A stretch of DNA of 64,000 nucleotides from Lama glama (taxonomy: Eukaryota). The notes under the pieces are model-generated. The model had not been told where the DNA came from, made no database searches, and saw only the letters and a list, made by a program, of their open reading frames with translations. The translations under genes and the position numbers were made by a program. How positions within the stretch are numbered: position 1 is the first letter of the stretch; each line of letters opens with the position of its first letter. Positions 14,371 to 28,031 of this stretch are shown piece after piece. The stretch spans positions 97,714,001-97,778,000 of the forward strand of contig CM052817.1 in the NCBI GenBank assembly GCA_028534125.1. The letters are read 5' to 3'.

Positions 14371-14479
14371 AATTTCTTAATTATTAAAAAATAATACTTA
14401 GGGAATGCCATGTTTAAAATATTTTAAATTCCAGTTAAGTGCAAATATTACTATAGGACATAGACATGAAATGTTATGA

Positions 14480-16900
14480 GGAATATCTGATTGGTGAGCA
14501 TTAGATCACTTTATATTATGTTTATAGATACATACCTGCACATGACTATGATTATTTCAGGATTAATTTTTATAAGTGAAATTTCTGGGTCAAAAGGGTA
14601 CATGTTCACAAGGGGTTGGAGCAAACTTGACCCAAGAAAAGATGAATTATTTTATAATTCTACCAATAAGTGTGCAAAGAACTTATTTCCTTATAACTTT
14701 GCTAAACGTAGATATTATAAATACACACAATCTTTGACAATTTGTTAGATAAAAGATGTTATCTCCTTTTTAAAAATGCACAAATCACATATTTGTTAGG
14801 TTTCTTATAATATTTTTTGCCATTCTGTATATTGAAGTATTTGTCTTATTTATTTCTAAGAACTTTTTATATATTAAGAATATTAAAAACATTTATTATT
14901 ATTATTTATGTCTAAATCATATTATCTAGTTTTTAATATGGCTCTAGTTAAAAGAAATACATGTTTTAAGTATATATGTAATGAGTATATTAATATTTTT
15001 CTTAATTTTTTTCCTAGATGCATTGATAGCATGCTTAGAAACTCTTTATGCTAAATTTGTGTAAATGTTCCCCTATAATTTATAATAAAACATTTTGTTT
15101 ATTACTTCAATAAAATTTTTATTCAATCTGTAATGTGTTCTGGGGTATATTTTGAGGTTACTGATCCAATTTTTCTCCTCAGTAAGTCCCCTACTAAATT
15201 TATTAAACAAACTGTCCCTTTTCTGCTGATTTAAAGCACTATCTTATGCCATACTGAATTCTTAAATGTGCTGGTTCTTAGCCTGTTTGTGGACACACAC
15301 TTGTTTTCATTGTTTGATTTGATTCCTTGCCTCTATGATGTTTTGATTATTGCAGATTTTAAAACATTTTATACATTATGTTCAGCTCTTAATTTGACTT
15401 TATTTGGTAAGAGCATATTGTTCTCAAATAGGAAATAATTTCTAAATTATTCCATTTGTCAAAACTATATAATCTGGAGTTTTATTCCTAAGATACTGCT
15501 ATCAAGTTGTCTTGAATTAGTATTATATTCCTAAGTTATTTATAACATATGTATTCATCTCCAAAACTATATTAGCTACAGTTTTCTTAGTTTTAACAAT
15601 GTTTAACTGGTTTCAAGTCATTATGTTGCCTCTAGTAGATAACATATTCTATATTCCCCAGGTCTTTGTTTTGATTCTCTTTTTAGTGAGTTTCAATTAG
15701 ATTTGGAATAATATTTTGTTTTCCATGGGTCCATCAATAGTATCCTTTATTAGCTTATACACAGACATGTAAGTGAACATAAACACACGCAGGTATATAT
15801 CTAAAGTTCTACCCCTGTTGCTAGTAAGTTCATATTTTAGATGGGTATAGACTTTTGCGGATATATAATTTTTTTTTCCTTAAAAATCTCTGTAGATGTT
15901 ACCTTTTAGTATAATTCTTAATTTTGATTAATTATTCAGATGGCTCTAGAATACTGCTTATTTTTTCCTGGAGAACTGTATTTTAGTATTTGACTGATTG
16001 TATATCTTAGATGATCACTTTGTTATTCTCATGTAAAATGACCATTTTGATACATTTACAACTATTAATTACTCCACTGTCTTTCACATTCTGTGTTCCT
16101 GAGTATACATCTGAGACTTTCCTAATTTTTTTTTTATGTAGCATACTATTTTTTTCTGCCTATAAACTTGTTTTTGTTTTTATAATTAAAATTTTTCTTT
16201 AAGAGAGTTTAGGTAATTGGCATCTTTTCGGTAAACCCCCCTGCAGCAGGTCCCACATACTTAGTGTGCTTGTACTGCAGTTTCAAAAGGTTTTCTACAA
16301 TTATATCCTTGATTTTTTTCCTTCTGTTTTAATGGTCTGTTTTTTTCTTGGAATTTTTGTTTTGTAGTCACTACTTTGTGGGTTATTTTTCAGGTTTGTA
16401 CATCTCATCACTGATTTGATTTTTCTGTGCTCTTCATTGTACTCTATACTGATTTTAATTAAGATTTTAATTATTTTATTGAAATGCTATTTTTCTTGCA
16501 TTATTCCCTTACTTCATTCCAACTCAAGGCTTGTACCTGGACCTTCTTTCTATTCTGCATTTCAGTCATGTTCAGTGTTATTTCAGTACATCATTTCATT
16601 TGTTCCTCTAATTTAATGGAGAGTGTGCTTTCAGGAAACTTCTGATAACATCAGGTGATGCTTTCTTATAGCTATAAGTCTTCTGTACCTCGAGTGTATC
16701 TTTTTCATCTTTCCTGTGTAGAACCTCTTCAAAATTTTCTAGTATTTTAAATTTACAATTATCCATTCTTAAATAAAAGATAAATTCAAGCCCATTGTTT
16801 GTCATAAAGCCACTTAGCTAATTGTGTTTAGATGTCTCTTGTTAGACCTTAAGCTAGTAGTTGGATGATGTGCACAACTATAAGCCTGGTTTTGGAGGGT
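14480..16900 (-). mobile_element. Ancient degenerate L1 fragments
   Basis: T-rich antisense L1-like sequence, e.g. 'aagtgaaatttctgggtcaaagggta'. Confidence 0.5.
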
Positions 16901-19399
16901 TGTGGTAATTTGAACAGCGTCAACTCTGCTGGACTGTAGAGGAATCTTTTAGTGCTGTGCCAAACTTATGAAAGGTAATTGTTCCTTATATGTTTCTTCC
17001 TCTGTTGAAAACAGTCTCTTTAAAACTTCAGTCCCCTGAGCTGCTCTGAGAGATGTCACTGTCTCTGTCTCTCTTAAGACCACCTTATATCCCAATGTGC
17101 CATTACCTCTTCATTTAAATCTGACCATTGTTACGCATTCCTGAAATTGTTGTTCCTTAATAGAAGAAAAGCAGGAAGAATTAGTTTGAGAGAGGGATGA
17201 GCAGAAATGGGGAAGTCTCTCGAGTGCTAGGAAGGGAGCTTGATGTGAACATCGATTAATACTCAAAATATTACTGGTGCAACTATGCATCTCTATGTGT
17301 GGTGTGAAGGTGAGGCCAGTGTCCTCAGAAGACAGAACATGTATATAGGCCAATAGGTGGGAAAGCCTGGCCCTGTGAGCAGACTGTACGAATGGACTGC
17401 ATATAGAAAAGGATCAGAGGAGATGAATTCATCACTGTGTAGTGTTTATCTTGAAGAATATATTGAAACGTTTAAAGCAGGTGTGTGACATGATGGGACA
17501 GAAAGAGCTCTTTAGCAATAACTTGGCTGGAACAGGAGAAGACCCCTGATGGAGAGAGCACATGGGAAGTCATTGCAATGGTCCAGGCAAGAAAAAGGTA
17601 ACATCCAGGAGGGAAAATGAAAGACTGTGATTGGAATAGAAGGCAAGGGAAAGGGAAGAATCCAGAACGATCCTTACGCATTTGGTTCATGTTCCAGGGT
17701 CAGCGAGTGTGACATTCTCCAAAATAAACTGGCTTATTGGAGCTGCAGTATGATGTGGTAATGAGTTCAATTTTGGACTTTCATTAGTGATTTCATACAG
17801 ATAATTTTATACAAGGGCAATGATTACTTCAACGTCAATGGCGCAAACAAACAAAAATGTTTCCAAGGACAAAATGAACTGAAGTTTTAGCATGCATGTA
17901 CTGCCTAGTTAAACTATTTGGGTGATGGTATGTTCTTGTTAAGGCCAATGAAAGGGAAGAAATTAACCAGCAAGATCAGTATTCAAATCAGGGTTGAGTT
18001 GGCAGCATGAGGGAGTGAGAAGGAGCTTAGCTTAGGAAAACAGGAAATTAATATCCTTGAACTGAGTTTACTCATTAACAGTAGGATTTGGGGCAAGGCA
18101 CTTAGTCATTTGGTTCCTCAGTTCCCTATTTGTAAAAGATAGATGATATCTTCTTTCAAATTATTTCACAGTCTTAAGATTTGAACCAGATAGCTGATAT
18201 GGAAATTGCCTCCATATGCTAGTTTCATATCTGGAATGTTGAGAAGCAAAATATTAGATATTTGTTGGAAATTTGCATTAGGGGCAAACATTTTCTGGTG
18301 GACTACCCTATATATAAATAAGACTAGGCTTCTGTGCATTTTAGTGCTACCCTTGACAAAAGAATGTATTTAATTCATTTTTTAACACCATAGTTTGGAG
18401 ACTAGGGCATTGCAAATGTGAATTATGACACATTAAAAATAAAATAAAGCTAAATGGCAGTACTTTGCACCAGAGAGGATATTTTTGGCCATCAATTTTT
18501 TAATTAGCATTTTTCTTTATTAAAAATACAAGAAGAGAGAAAAGAAAATAGTTTTGCGTTCAATGTTAATATAATTTTCAACTCCTGGCTGTGATTACAT
18601 CATAAATATCACAGCCAAACTTCTTACAGAACTAAACACAGAGCATTTCATAGTCTTTCAAACAAGTTCACATAATTAAGAAAGTGTTTTTCACATGAAA
18701 TAGAATTATCTCGTTTACTCTGCTGTATTTACATATGTCTTTCATGAAGAGCTGTTTGGCAGTAAACCTAGCTGTTCTTTAAATAAGCAAACCAAAATAC
18801 TTCTTCAGAGTCTAAAGTTCTGCTAAGAGGGAAAAATCCACACCAATTTTGCCTCTGAAAAGATATTATCACTGTTCTTTTTGTTGGTCTGGAGACAAAA
18901 TATTGGAGAAAATGGAATTTTACCAAAAGCAAGTTATGAGTTCTCTTCTACTGAATCTTATCCTACAGTTTTTTTTATAAACCAATAAAAATTAATAGAT
19001 TCAGGAAAAAAATCCCTACTTATTTGCCACAAAGTATATTGGAATAAAGAAACTGATCATTATTTACCTAGTTTCAATCCTAGGTAAGCTCTCCTTGGGC
19101 TGAAGTCCAAATGAAAGGCTTACCCACTGCAGACCCACTGTATACATGAACTTATACATATTCAAAACTCAAAACACACTGGCCCCACTTCTGACTAGTA
19201 GATGTTATTAACTAGTGCCCATTCAGCACTGTGGGTTTCATTACCAAGTTTAAATTTGGGGGTGTGTTATCTTTCAGAGATTCCATTTCAGTTCTGTTGT
19301 GAAAAAAAAAAAAGACGTTTTAACAGTTGCGGTTTTGAGAGTCACTTTCCAGGTAGTGTCTGTGTGTCGAGTACATTCCTTTGATGCCAGGGAATTAGT

Positions 19400-19645
19400 C
19401 TAGTGAGTGGTTCAGAGCCGGTCTTTGCAGTCAGGCTACCTGGGTTTGAATCCTGGCTCGGCCCCATAGTAACTATGTGACTTGAAACATATTGCTTTCC
19501 TTTGCTGTGCCTCAGTTTCCCTAAGGATAAAATGGGAAAAATAATAGTAGCTATCTTATAGCTGAGAGCATTATATTAGTAAATACATGAAGTGTTCTGG
19601 ACACCTGGTTAGTGCTCAATATTTATAAACTATTATTTTTATTAT
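19400..19645 (+). mobile_element. MIR SINE
   Basis: 'cctgggtttgaatcctggctc', 'ctgtgcctcagtttcc...aaaatgggaaaaataatagta'. Confidence 0.85.
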
Positions 19646-20385
19646 CAGCTCAGAGAGGATTGTTATAATATGAAGATGATGAACAATAAAAAGGAAAAGA
19701 TTAGGCTCTTTGCCTGGTGCTTTGGATGCTGTAGGGATTTAGGGAAGGAGGAGTATATTGCTGATGGACTCTACCAAGCGATGCCGCCTCTTGGGAGTCA
19801 ATCTTGGAAAACCAAGAGGAGGAGGAGTGTATCACTGTATCCCTAAAATGTTGGCCATCTAACCGGAACCTTCAGTTCTTTTCTTATTGGTAAAATTCAT
19901 TCCCATATAAATCCCTCGTCTCCCCCTCCCTGCCCCCGCAAACTTGCAAAACCCACATGCCTCATTTGAGAAATACATGTGCCAAGTTTGAAATTTTAAA
20001 ATTCAAACTCCTTTAATTTTTTTTGCATACACATAAATCCTGGCAAATTTCAATGCTGGTTAAAAAAAAAAACAAAACACGTTTTTGCTTGTTGGAATGC
20101 TATTATCACTCCAAACGATTGAACAGATTTCCTCAGCCTTTCTAAATGTAATTCATTTCTGAGAAGACAATAAGGATGCAGAATTTCTTCCTCATGGGTC
20201 ATGCTGGGGGAGGCTCAGAAAGGACTGAGTTTGTGCACATAACATACGGAAAAATTTCCTCTCATCCAAAACTGGTTATTTTATTTTATCTATTCCTCTT
20301 TTCAAAACTCCCAATGAGACAACAGAGCCTTGGCAAAATGAAGGATGAGTTTCAGTCACACCCGATAATCCTCACATAACACGTT

Positions 20386-20714
20386 CTGATGGATAGTTTT
20401 GTTGACAAGTTGGGTAGGCTCTGTTTCCCACTTTGCAATCACACACTCTAGGTGTTGCTATAGAGTTATTTTGTAGAAATGGTTAGCATCTGCAATCAGT
20501 TGTCTTTTAGTAAAGAAGACTGTCCTTGATAATGTCAGTGGGGCTTATCTAATTGGCTGAAAATTTTAAAACTGAGGATGCCCTGAAGGTAAAATTCCAT
20601 GTGAGAACTGCTCTGTCAGTTCCTACCCTAGAGTTTCCACCTTAATAGGCCTGTCTTACTGATTTCAGAATTTGCCCAACCAAACCCCATCATCTCAGAA
20701 GACAGTTCCTTGAA

Positions 20715-20757
<43 letters not shown>

Positions 20758-20808
20758 CATCAATCACTGGTTCTGTCTCTTTCTCTGGTAGAATCCAGAT
20801 TGATATAC
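20386..20808 (+). mobile_element. MLT2 (ERVL) LTR with internal (CTAT)n
   Basis: 'tctaggtgttgct...ttttgtaga', 'tccttgataatgt', end 'tggttctgtctct...agaatccagattgatatac'; (ATCT)n at 20715-20757. Confidence 0.8.
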
Positions 20809-20929
20809 TCTTCATCTCAAGTATGATATAAAATACAAAGTACCAGTTTCACTGGCCCAGGACTTTTTACTTAAATAGCTTAAACAATGCTGCTTGTTTT
20901 CAGAAGAATTGAAGCATTTGACATGGTTA

Positions 20930-21130
20930 TTTTTTTTAACTTTTTATTGAAGTATTACATGTACACACATGGAGAACACATATCAAACTGAATGCATTTC
21001 TGTAACCAACACCCAGATCAAGAAACAACATAATCTGCACATAGGAAGATGCCTTAGTGTTCCCTGTCATCATGACAATCTCCCTTCCCCTGGCAAGCAT
21101 AGCCGGTGTCCTGACTTCTAAGTGCATAGG
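20930..21130 (-). mobile_element. Old L1 3' end fragment
   Basis: 'tttttattgaagtatt...gtaaccaacacccagatcaagaaaca'. Confidence 0.65.
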
Positions 21131-21306
21131 CTAGATATGAGGCATAAGATTTTAAGTATAGTTAAGTAAATTTGGTTTAAGGATGGATGTCATTATCTTG
21201 AAACCTTAGGTGAGGTCTTGAATAAAGAGACAATCTCATTGCTCAGAGGCTGCTGTTTTGTTAGAACTCAACTAAAATTTAGAGCATATAATGAGTTAGT
21301 TTTTCC

Positions 21307-21307
21307 T

Positions 21308-21367
<60 letters not shown>
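21307..21367. repeat. (TTTC)n microsatellite
   Basis: Direct reading. Confidence 0.95.
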
Positions 21368-23039
21368 GGTTTACTACCTTTAAGTCTTAGTCACCAGAGA
21401 GGTTTTTTCTTTTTAAATGTGTATTATAAACTCTACTCAGATGAATAAAAAAGTTAAGTCTACAAAGCAGAGAATATTTAGTAATATCCTCACATTACTT
21501 AATAATTAATTTCCTAAAATTACTTCCATAAAATGGAAATCTGTTTCATTTCAAACTCCAAGCCAATTGTAGTGGCCTTACTGAATACTCCAGCTTTTCT
21601 ATGGAGACACATAGAGCACTTTCTTTGCAGAAAAGGGACCCTCCATGATACACAACATAAGACGACGTTCTTATTGTTGATATTTACAAGATCGATTATT
21701 GGTAGCACTTCACCAAATTTGCGAAGCTCCTCTAGGCTTCTACAGCTGTTTCCTGGTATCACATATGCAATCAATCCACGACTCCTCAGTGGCAAATTGA
21801 CTCACAATAATTTGCCACTTGTACATTTTTAAATTAAATAAATATCAGAAGATTCTTGTGTAACTAGCATCACTTCAGAACATGCAGTACAAAAACTCCA
21901 CCTGAATGGTAGGAAATAGGGCCTCCATATGCGGAAAGGGTTTATTGAAAGATGAATCCTTAGGAAATGAGGCCAGGAAAAGACTCTAACATTCCTGTGT
22001 CCACTTTCTTAAGTACAGCCTCCTCTCGCCAGGAATATCCGAGACACCCATTATAGCATTGGGTGCTCAATTGAGTGCTCAATCTGATGCTTCACTTGGA
22101 GGGCATTACTCAGATCTAAATAGACACACTCCCCAAATCCTTTAGGTGATAAAAAAAAATGTCATGGTGTTTGATTTGGTGACATAAGAAATTACAAAAG
22201 GGATCAGGAGAATGAAAACCTCTTTTTAAATAGCTTGGCCATTCTAACTCTCAGGGTGGTGATGAGAACAAAATCAGATGGAGCTGGCTGTTGGGGATGT
22301 CCACGCTGATAAAGCGTGTGCATTTACATCACAGTTGTACATGTTCATGTCTTCACGAATACACCACAGACTCCTTGAGGGAAAGATACCTTCCCAATAG
22401 GGTTTAGTGTTGCCCCCAAGTACCCAGGAGGCTCAATCAGTACATGTTTCATGGATTAAAAAGAATAACCATCATTCACTTTTTAGTATTGACCCACTAA
22501 AATTAGAGCAAATTATATAATTTTTGAGGCTGAATACTGTTTATCCTCCAAAAGATTTAGAGTTCCTGACCATTGCCTAATCTTCTAGAGCAAGAATAAA
22601 CAGAACAAATCTAAATAAAGCCTTGATTGTCAACACCTGAGATGCTACAGCGTGTTCTGGTTTTTCTCATCTTGAAGAAACAGAAGATCAACAGAAATAA
22701 TCAAAGGGACTGACTAGTTTTCTTGTAGAAAATGGTCAAGAAATCATGAGAGAACTAGGAAAAGCACATGAAAAAAATCTTACAAAATTCTTGATCTCAT
22801 CTCTTCCTTTAGTTCTCAACCTTTCCAACAAAACTCCTTGAAAAGCTTATCCATTCTATTTGGATCTAATTTCTCTTCCCCATGCTCCCTCAGACCCTCC
22901 CTACCCTACCTTTTGCCTGCACCAAACCTGCTCTACCAAAACTCACCTTCAGGGGCCACACATCTCAGGCCTCCTGCTGACTTACCGTTTACCAAACGGA
23001 CGAGTCCCTCTTTTTTGAAGTTCTGGGCTTAGCTTCTAG

Positions 23040-24188
23040 CACACACTCTTCAGAACATTCCTCTGCCCTTCTCCTTCTCGGGTTTTGTGCTGATTCCCCC
23101 TCATCCCTCAGACACCTTACGTTGGGGGGCCCAGAACCAATTCTTACCTTTTTTCCTCTCTGTCTACATCATCTCCTCAGTCTCATGGCCTGCATTACCT
23201 TCTGTATGTTGATGACCCTCAAACTCACAGTCTCAGGCTCTCCTCTGCCAAGACTCCCAGGTCCAGCTGCATAGTCAGCATCTTTCATGGGTATCTAACA
23301 GGCACATCCACATTTATGTGTCCAAACCCACCTCTATCTTCTCCCAAACTTCCCCTGATTTTCCCTGCAAACTTGTTTCTCGTGGATTCCTTCTTATCTC
23401 AGACCCAGACCAGAATCTCATCTTTAATTTCTCTCTTTTACACACTGCATCCAATCTATCAGCAAATCCTATGGCTCTATCTTAAAAATGTCTTCAGAAC
23501 TTAACCATCTCTCACCAGTTCCACCGCTAACATCATCCCTCACTTAGAAGATTGCCATTGTCTCCTGACCAGAGCCTCTCTGCTTCACCCTTGCCTGCCT
23601 ATGGTCCTTTCTCAATACAGCAGCCAGAGTGGTCCTCTTAGACAACAAGCCAGATCATGTTACTCATCTGCTAAAAACCCTTCATTGGCTTTCCAGCACA
23701 CTCACAGCAAAATCTGAAGTCCTAACATAGGGCCTGCAAGAGCCAACATGATCGGGCAACCTCATTTCTTTATTCTTTATAGAATATTTCTTTATTCTAT
23801 TCTTTAAGAATATTTCATTATTCTTTCCTCTCCTGGTCCTACTGGCCTCCTGGCTGTATGCTCAGGGTTTCTGCACTTTCTGTCTCCTCTGCATGAAACA
23901 CCCCTCCCCAGATATCACTCCCTCGCTTCCATCAAATGAGCTTCTCGGAGAGACTTTCCATCTCTTACCATATTTAAAATCACAGCCACCTCCACATTCC
24001 TTATCTCACTTTCCTGCTTAATTTTTCTCCAAAATACTTATGAACATGTGGCATACTATATATTTTGCTTATGTGAGATGCAGGATGAAAGTTCCAGGAA
24101 GGCTGGATTTTTTTTTTTTTTGGTTGTTGTTCTCCAATAGGTCCTATCCCATAGAATTTTAAGCATTGAAATTATTTGTTGAATGATT
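23040..24188 (+). mobile_element. L2 LINE 3' portion
   Basis: 'atctaacaggcac', 'cagcagccagagtggtcctctt...cagatcatgttactc', terminal 'tatttgttgaatga'. Confidence 0.85.
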
Positions 24189-25789
24189 GTGGGTCTTCCC
24201 TTCTCTCTTTGCTTCCCTCTCCTGCCCTCCTCTCTCCTCTCCCCTCCCCTCCTTTCCTCTTTTTTCTTATCTTGTCTTTTCTTTTTGGTCTAGATTAATT
24301 CTTTTGATAATCTCCCCAGTTACATGGCTTGAAGGACCCCAAGAAGTATAATCCCAAACTTGTTTAAAAATGATTGCAACATAACATGTATTTAGAGCCA
24401 TCTGCTCCTATTGAGAAAAAGGGCCAGGCAACATAGAAATAAAATGTTGTTTCAAGTTGTTGGTCATTACCATTTGGGACTTATTCCTACTACCAACAGC
24501 TTTTCTTGATCTCTCATCATGTTTGCTTGGCTTATTAGATTAGCCTCTTAGTTATTATCTGTAACTCCTGTCTTTTCTTCCTGTAGCCATCAGTGTAAGC
24601 ATATCACACACATTTAAGTGCATTTCTTTGGTTTCCTATAGAGGAGGTTGATCAAAGTGATAATGATGATCAAGGTATAGAATCAAATTTTTTGAAACTG
24701 CAAATGAGGCTTTTTTTTTTTTCCTCAAAGACAAATATCTATTTCCTGTATGAATTAACTCACCCCGGTAAGGAGACATTCCAAAGAATGCTATGTTATA
24801 TTTCCATTGCTTAAAAGACACTTCATCATGTTGCAACTAGAACTTTTAAACATCTCATTCTTTTAAAGAAAGTAGAAATAAAACTGAAACCCATCCTGAG
24901 GAACATAACATGCTCATATAAATCTGTGGATTTTTGCTCATCACTGGGCTCTGGGTTGGGTTTGGTTGGCATCTTCTTTGCTAAGAGAGTCATCAGGGAA
25001 ACCCATTTTAGCTGGAGCCACTTCTTGGTTAAGTGATACAGCATTTGAGTGGTGCAGAACATGGGCCAGTTTTTCTTGCAGGAAACACAAAAGTAGAAGT
25101 GTTTCCCAAATCTTTCTATACTTGAGTGACATTCTTCACTGGCCCAAACTTCTTTGGCTAATTGATTCTCTAAACAAGACCTCAGCCAACCTTCAGAGCA
25201 GCTGTTTCTGGGATAACGGAGCCGGGGAAGTGAGGGAATAACTGTGGCTTGAACAAGCATGCATTTGCTCTCCACAGCATTCTAAACTGCCTTTTCTGAA
25301 AGGGTTGCTTTTGATGACCAAATGCATCTTGTTTTCTCTTGGTTAAAAGGGGGAAAAAGAAAGAAAGAAAGAAAGAAAATACAGCCCTATTTTTTAGACC
25401 ATGATAACACAAAGCAGTCACTGGAAAAGTTGGCAAGAGTGAGTCGAATTCCTAATAGGCTGACCACTGTGGCTTGGGATATTTCTCTGAGAAACCCAGT
25501 AATTCCTGTTTCATTTTGGAATAGATTCCTTTCCCCCAGTGGTATTCCAGAAGCCTTGCTGTCTGTTTCAATTACAAATCCCCAGTCTTCTCATCACAGA
25601 CTCAGGGCTATCACTGACTTCGGGCAATTTATGATCAAGCCTAAAGCATTTAGCTAGTGAATTGTACCATTTGTTGAACATGTAAAACTCTCTGACACTT
25701 GCGGACAAAATTAAAATGTCATTTAGTAAATGAGTATGTTAATAGCCAGGAAATCTCTTAAGAGGGATAACCAGTGTCTTACTTAAAAC

Positions 25790-25950
25790 CATGGCATTTT
25801 AGAGCTGGAAGGAAATTTAGTGATCATTTTCTTTAACTCCGGATTTTACATATGAAGAGACTGAGGCCAAGGGAGATTAAGTAGCTGGCTCAAGGTCACA
25901 CCTGGCTTCAGTAGGTCAGTCACCTAATTCCCTCCCAGTGCCTATTTCAT
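25790..25950 (-). mobile_element. MIR-family SINE
   Basis: 'agagctggaaggaa...attttacatatgaagagactgaggcc...caaggtcacac'. Confidence 0.75.
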
Positions 25951-27267
25951 GACCCGTGATTCTCTTCTCGCCCTAACTGGCTTTTGTGAAAGAGCAAAAT
26001 TGGAAGCCAGGCCAAAGATCTTAGTGCTTATTTCCTTTTGTTGACAGTTTTCTTTTCACTGGTGGGATAGGGCAAGGTGGGCACTGGGGAGGGGACAGCT
26101 GGGCAAGCTGAGTGTCACATGGGACATTATTATTTTGGGGTCTTCCTGTTGCCAGCTAAGTGAAACAGGAGGGTGATGAAATGACCTTTCCTGGAAATAA
26201 TTACAAACAGATAAGAACCTTTTGGGGGCTAATTGTAGAAGGCATGAGGATGTTTTGGACTGCTGCTTCCCCTCAGTGGGTTTGGACACCCTGCGTCACC
26301 GTCAGGAGGTCCTGGGTGTGTCATGATATTCCGGATTTTCAGTTACTTTTGGTTATTGGACAGCCACTGTCAGGAAAGTATGAACCTGAAAAACAAACTG
26401 AGAAGACCCTCTAGAAAGACTACACGGACTGCATTTGTCATTGACGGCTGACACGCTGGAGTTTTGTAGAAAAAGTTGGTGCCAAGTGAGATGGATATTG
26501 TAGTCTTAAATCTTCAGAATTGTTAGATGCAGAATCGATCTATTAACACAAGCCCCATGGAGAATGGATGTATGTAGCACCACTGCAGCCTGCTATCAAA
26601 GGTCTTGGGTACCCCAGAAATGTACCAGGGTTTGAGTTTTCCTATAGTTGGCAGTGAGGCTGGCTCTGTATTAAGACTGTCTGTTGCTTCTCGAATAAAC
26701 ATTTTTTTCCCTTACTAATCCTGAACATTCACATTTGATTATGTTATACTCATATCTTAATTATCAGGATATCAAGAGTGTCTGGCACATGATAAATACT
26801 TCATTATTCCTCAAAGGAATGTAAAAGGGTTATGAATTTACATTTAATTCAGAGAGGGACAGGGAGCCAAAGAAGGATATTAACGCTGGGTATGGGCATG
26901 TTGAGTCTGGACAGCCTCTGCCAGCCCTGCTCAAATCCCCCGGAGGTCCATGGGAGTCACTTGTTCCTATCTTTCTTTCCATCTCTTCTGGAAAGAAGAG
27001 CAGATTACCATCAAGCCATCAAACAGTGACCAACAGTCTCCTGTGGTAGCCTGAGACGAATGTTTTGATGTATGTAAATTAAGGGTTATGAAAACAAGTG
27101 AAATTGTTTATAGTCATCAAATCTCCAATTCTAATAAGTCATCTCCTAAGTTAATAGACTGTTTTTCTCAGTTGATGTCCTGCTGTTTGTGAAGTATTTG
27201 GCCTCCATGGAGATAGAAGACCTTGGCTGTTCCATATAAGAAAGTCCAAATTAGAATCTCTGTTAAT

Positions 27268-27358
27268 TTTTTTTTTTATTGGGGGTGCTGGGATTGAACT
27301 CAGGACCTCCTGCATGCTAGGCATGTGCTCTACCACTAGAGCTATACCCTCCTTCCCC
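27268..27358 (-). mobile_element. tRNA-Ala-derived SINE (camelid Vic-1-like)
   Basis: Reverse complement reads 'gagggtatagctctagtggtagagcacatgcctagcatgcaggaggtcctgagttcaatcccagcacc' with A/B boxes and poly-A tail. Confidence 0.88.
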
Positions 27359-27373
27359 TTAAAAAAAGAATTA

Positions 27374-27516
27374 TTTTTTGTTTGTATTTGTTTTGGGGGG
27401 AGGTAATTAGTTTTATTTATTTACTTGTTTACTTTTTTATGGAGGTACCGGGGATTGAACCCAGGACCTTGTGCATGCTAAGCACGCACTCTACCATTGA
27501 GCTATACCCTCCCCCC
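27374..27516 (-). mobile_element. tRNA-Ala-derived SINE (camelid Vic-1-like), adjacent to the previous copy
   Basis: rc 'gggagggtatagctcaatggtagagtgcgtgcttagcatgcacaaggtcctgggttcaatccccggtacctcc' plus 'ctaattacctcccccc' tail. Confidence 0.9.
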
Positions 27517-27986
27517 TTAAATTTCATTTTAAGCTGAAGATTTATTTGAAGAGACAAGATAACTTGACTTCTTAGGACTTTCTCAAACTGTATATAAAAT
27601 AATAAATTGATTCATCTTTTACTACTTTGAGCAATTCTTCCTAACTGCCTGATTCGAATAATAGAATTATTTGGAAATAACCTCGGCTCCAGTATGTTAG
27701 TTTTGGTGACTGTGAAAGATTTCATATACTACAGAAATGTAGGAGATAAGGTCCATAATTTATATCACATAATGTAAGCGAATTCAGCATTGAAAGAGTT
27801 GATTTGTTGGAACACCTGATTTCGCTGGAAGGAAGCGCTGGTAAAGGTAGAAGGGTTTCAAGCAGAGAGTATCAAGTTCAGTAACACCTCATTAGGTACA
27901 AGTGCTTCATCTGCAGGGAAGAGAGATTAGTGATAGCTCCACATCTTGCAACATTTGTCTTTGTAGTTCAGCAGCACAAAGATCCT

Positions 27987-28031
27987 GTTTCTATACTAGA
28001 ATTTTCTATACTAGAAGTTTCTATACTAATA
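27987..28031. repeat. 15-bp tandem repeat x3
   Basis: gtttctatactagaa / ttttctatactagaa / gtttctatactaata. Confidence 0.85.

Noticed and set aside
21520..21832. Overlapping 91-aa and 99-aa ORFs as a possible pseudogene fragment
   Set aside because: I recognise no protein; no poly-A or TSD; would need tBLASTn
24826..25275. Longest ORF (149 aa, -) and the overlapping frame ending ...DDSLSKEDANQTQPRAQ as a possible terminal exon
   Set aside because: No recognisable domain, weak AAG acceptor, and no linkable upstream exons
27268..27516. tRNA-Ala-like sequences as real tRNA genes
   Set aside because: Broken acceptor stems, SINE-specific ends and A-rich tails; these are SINE copies
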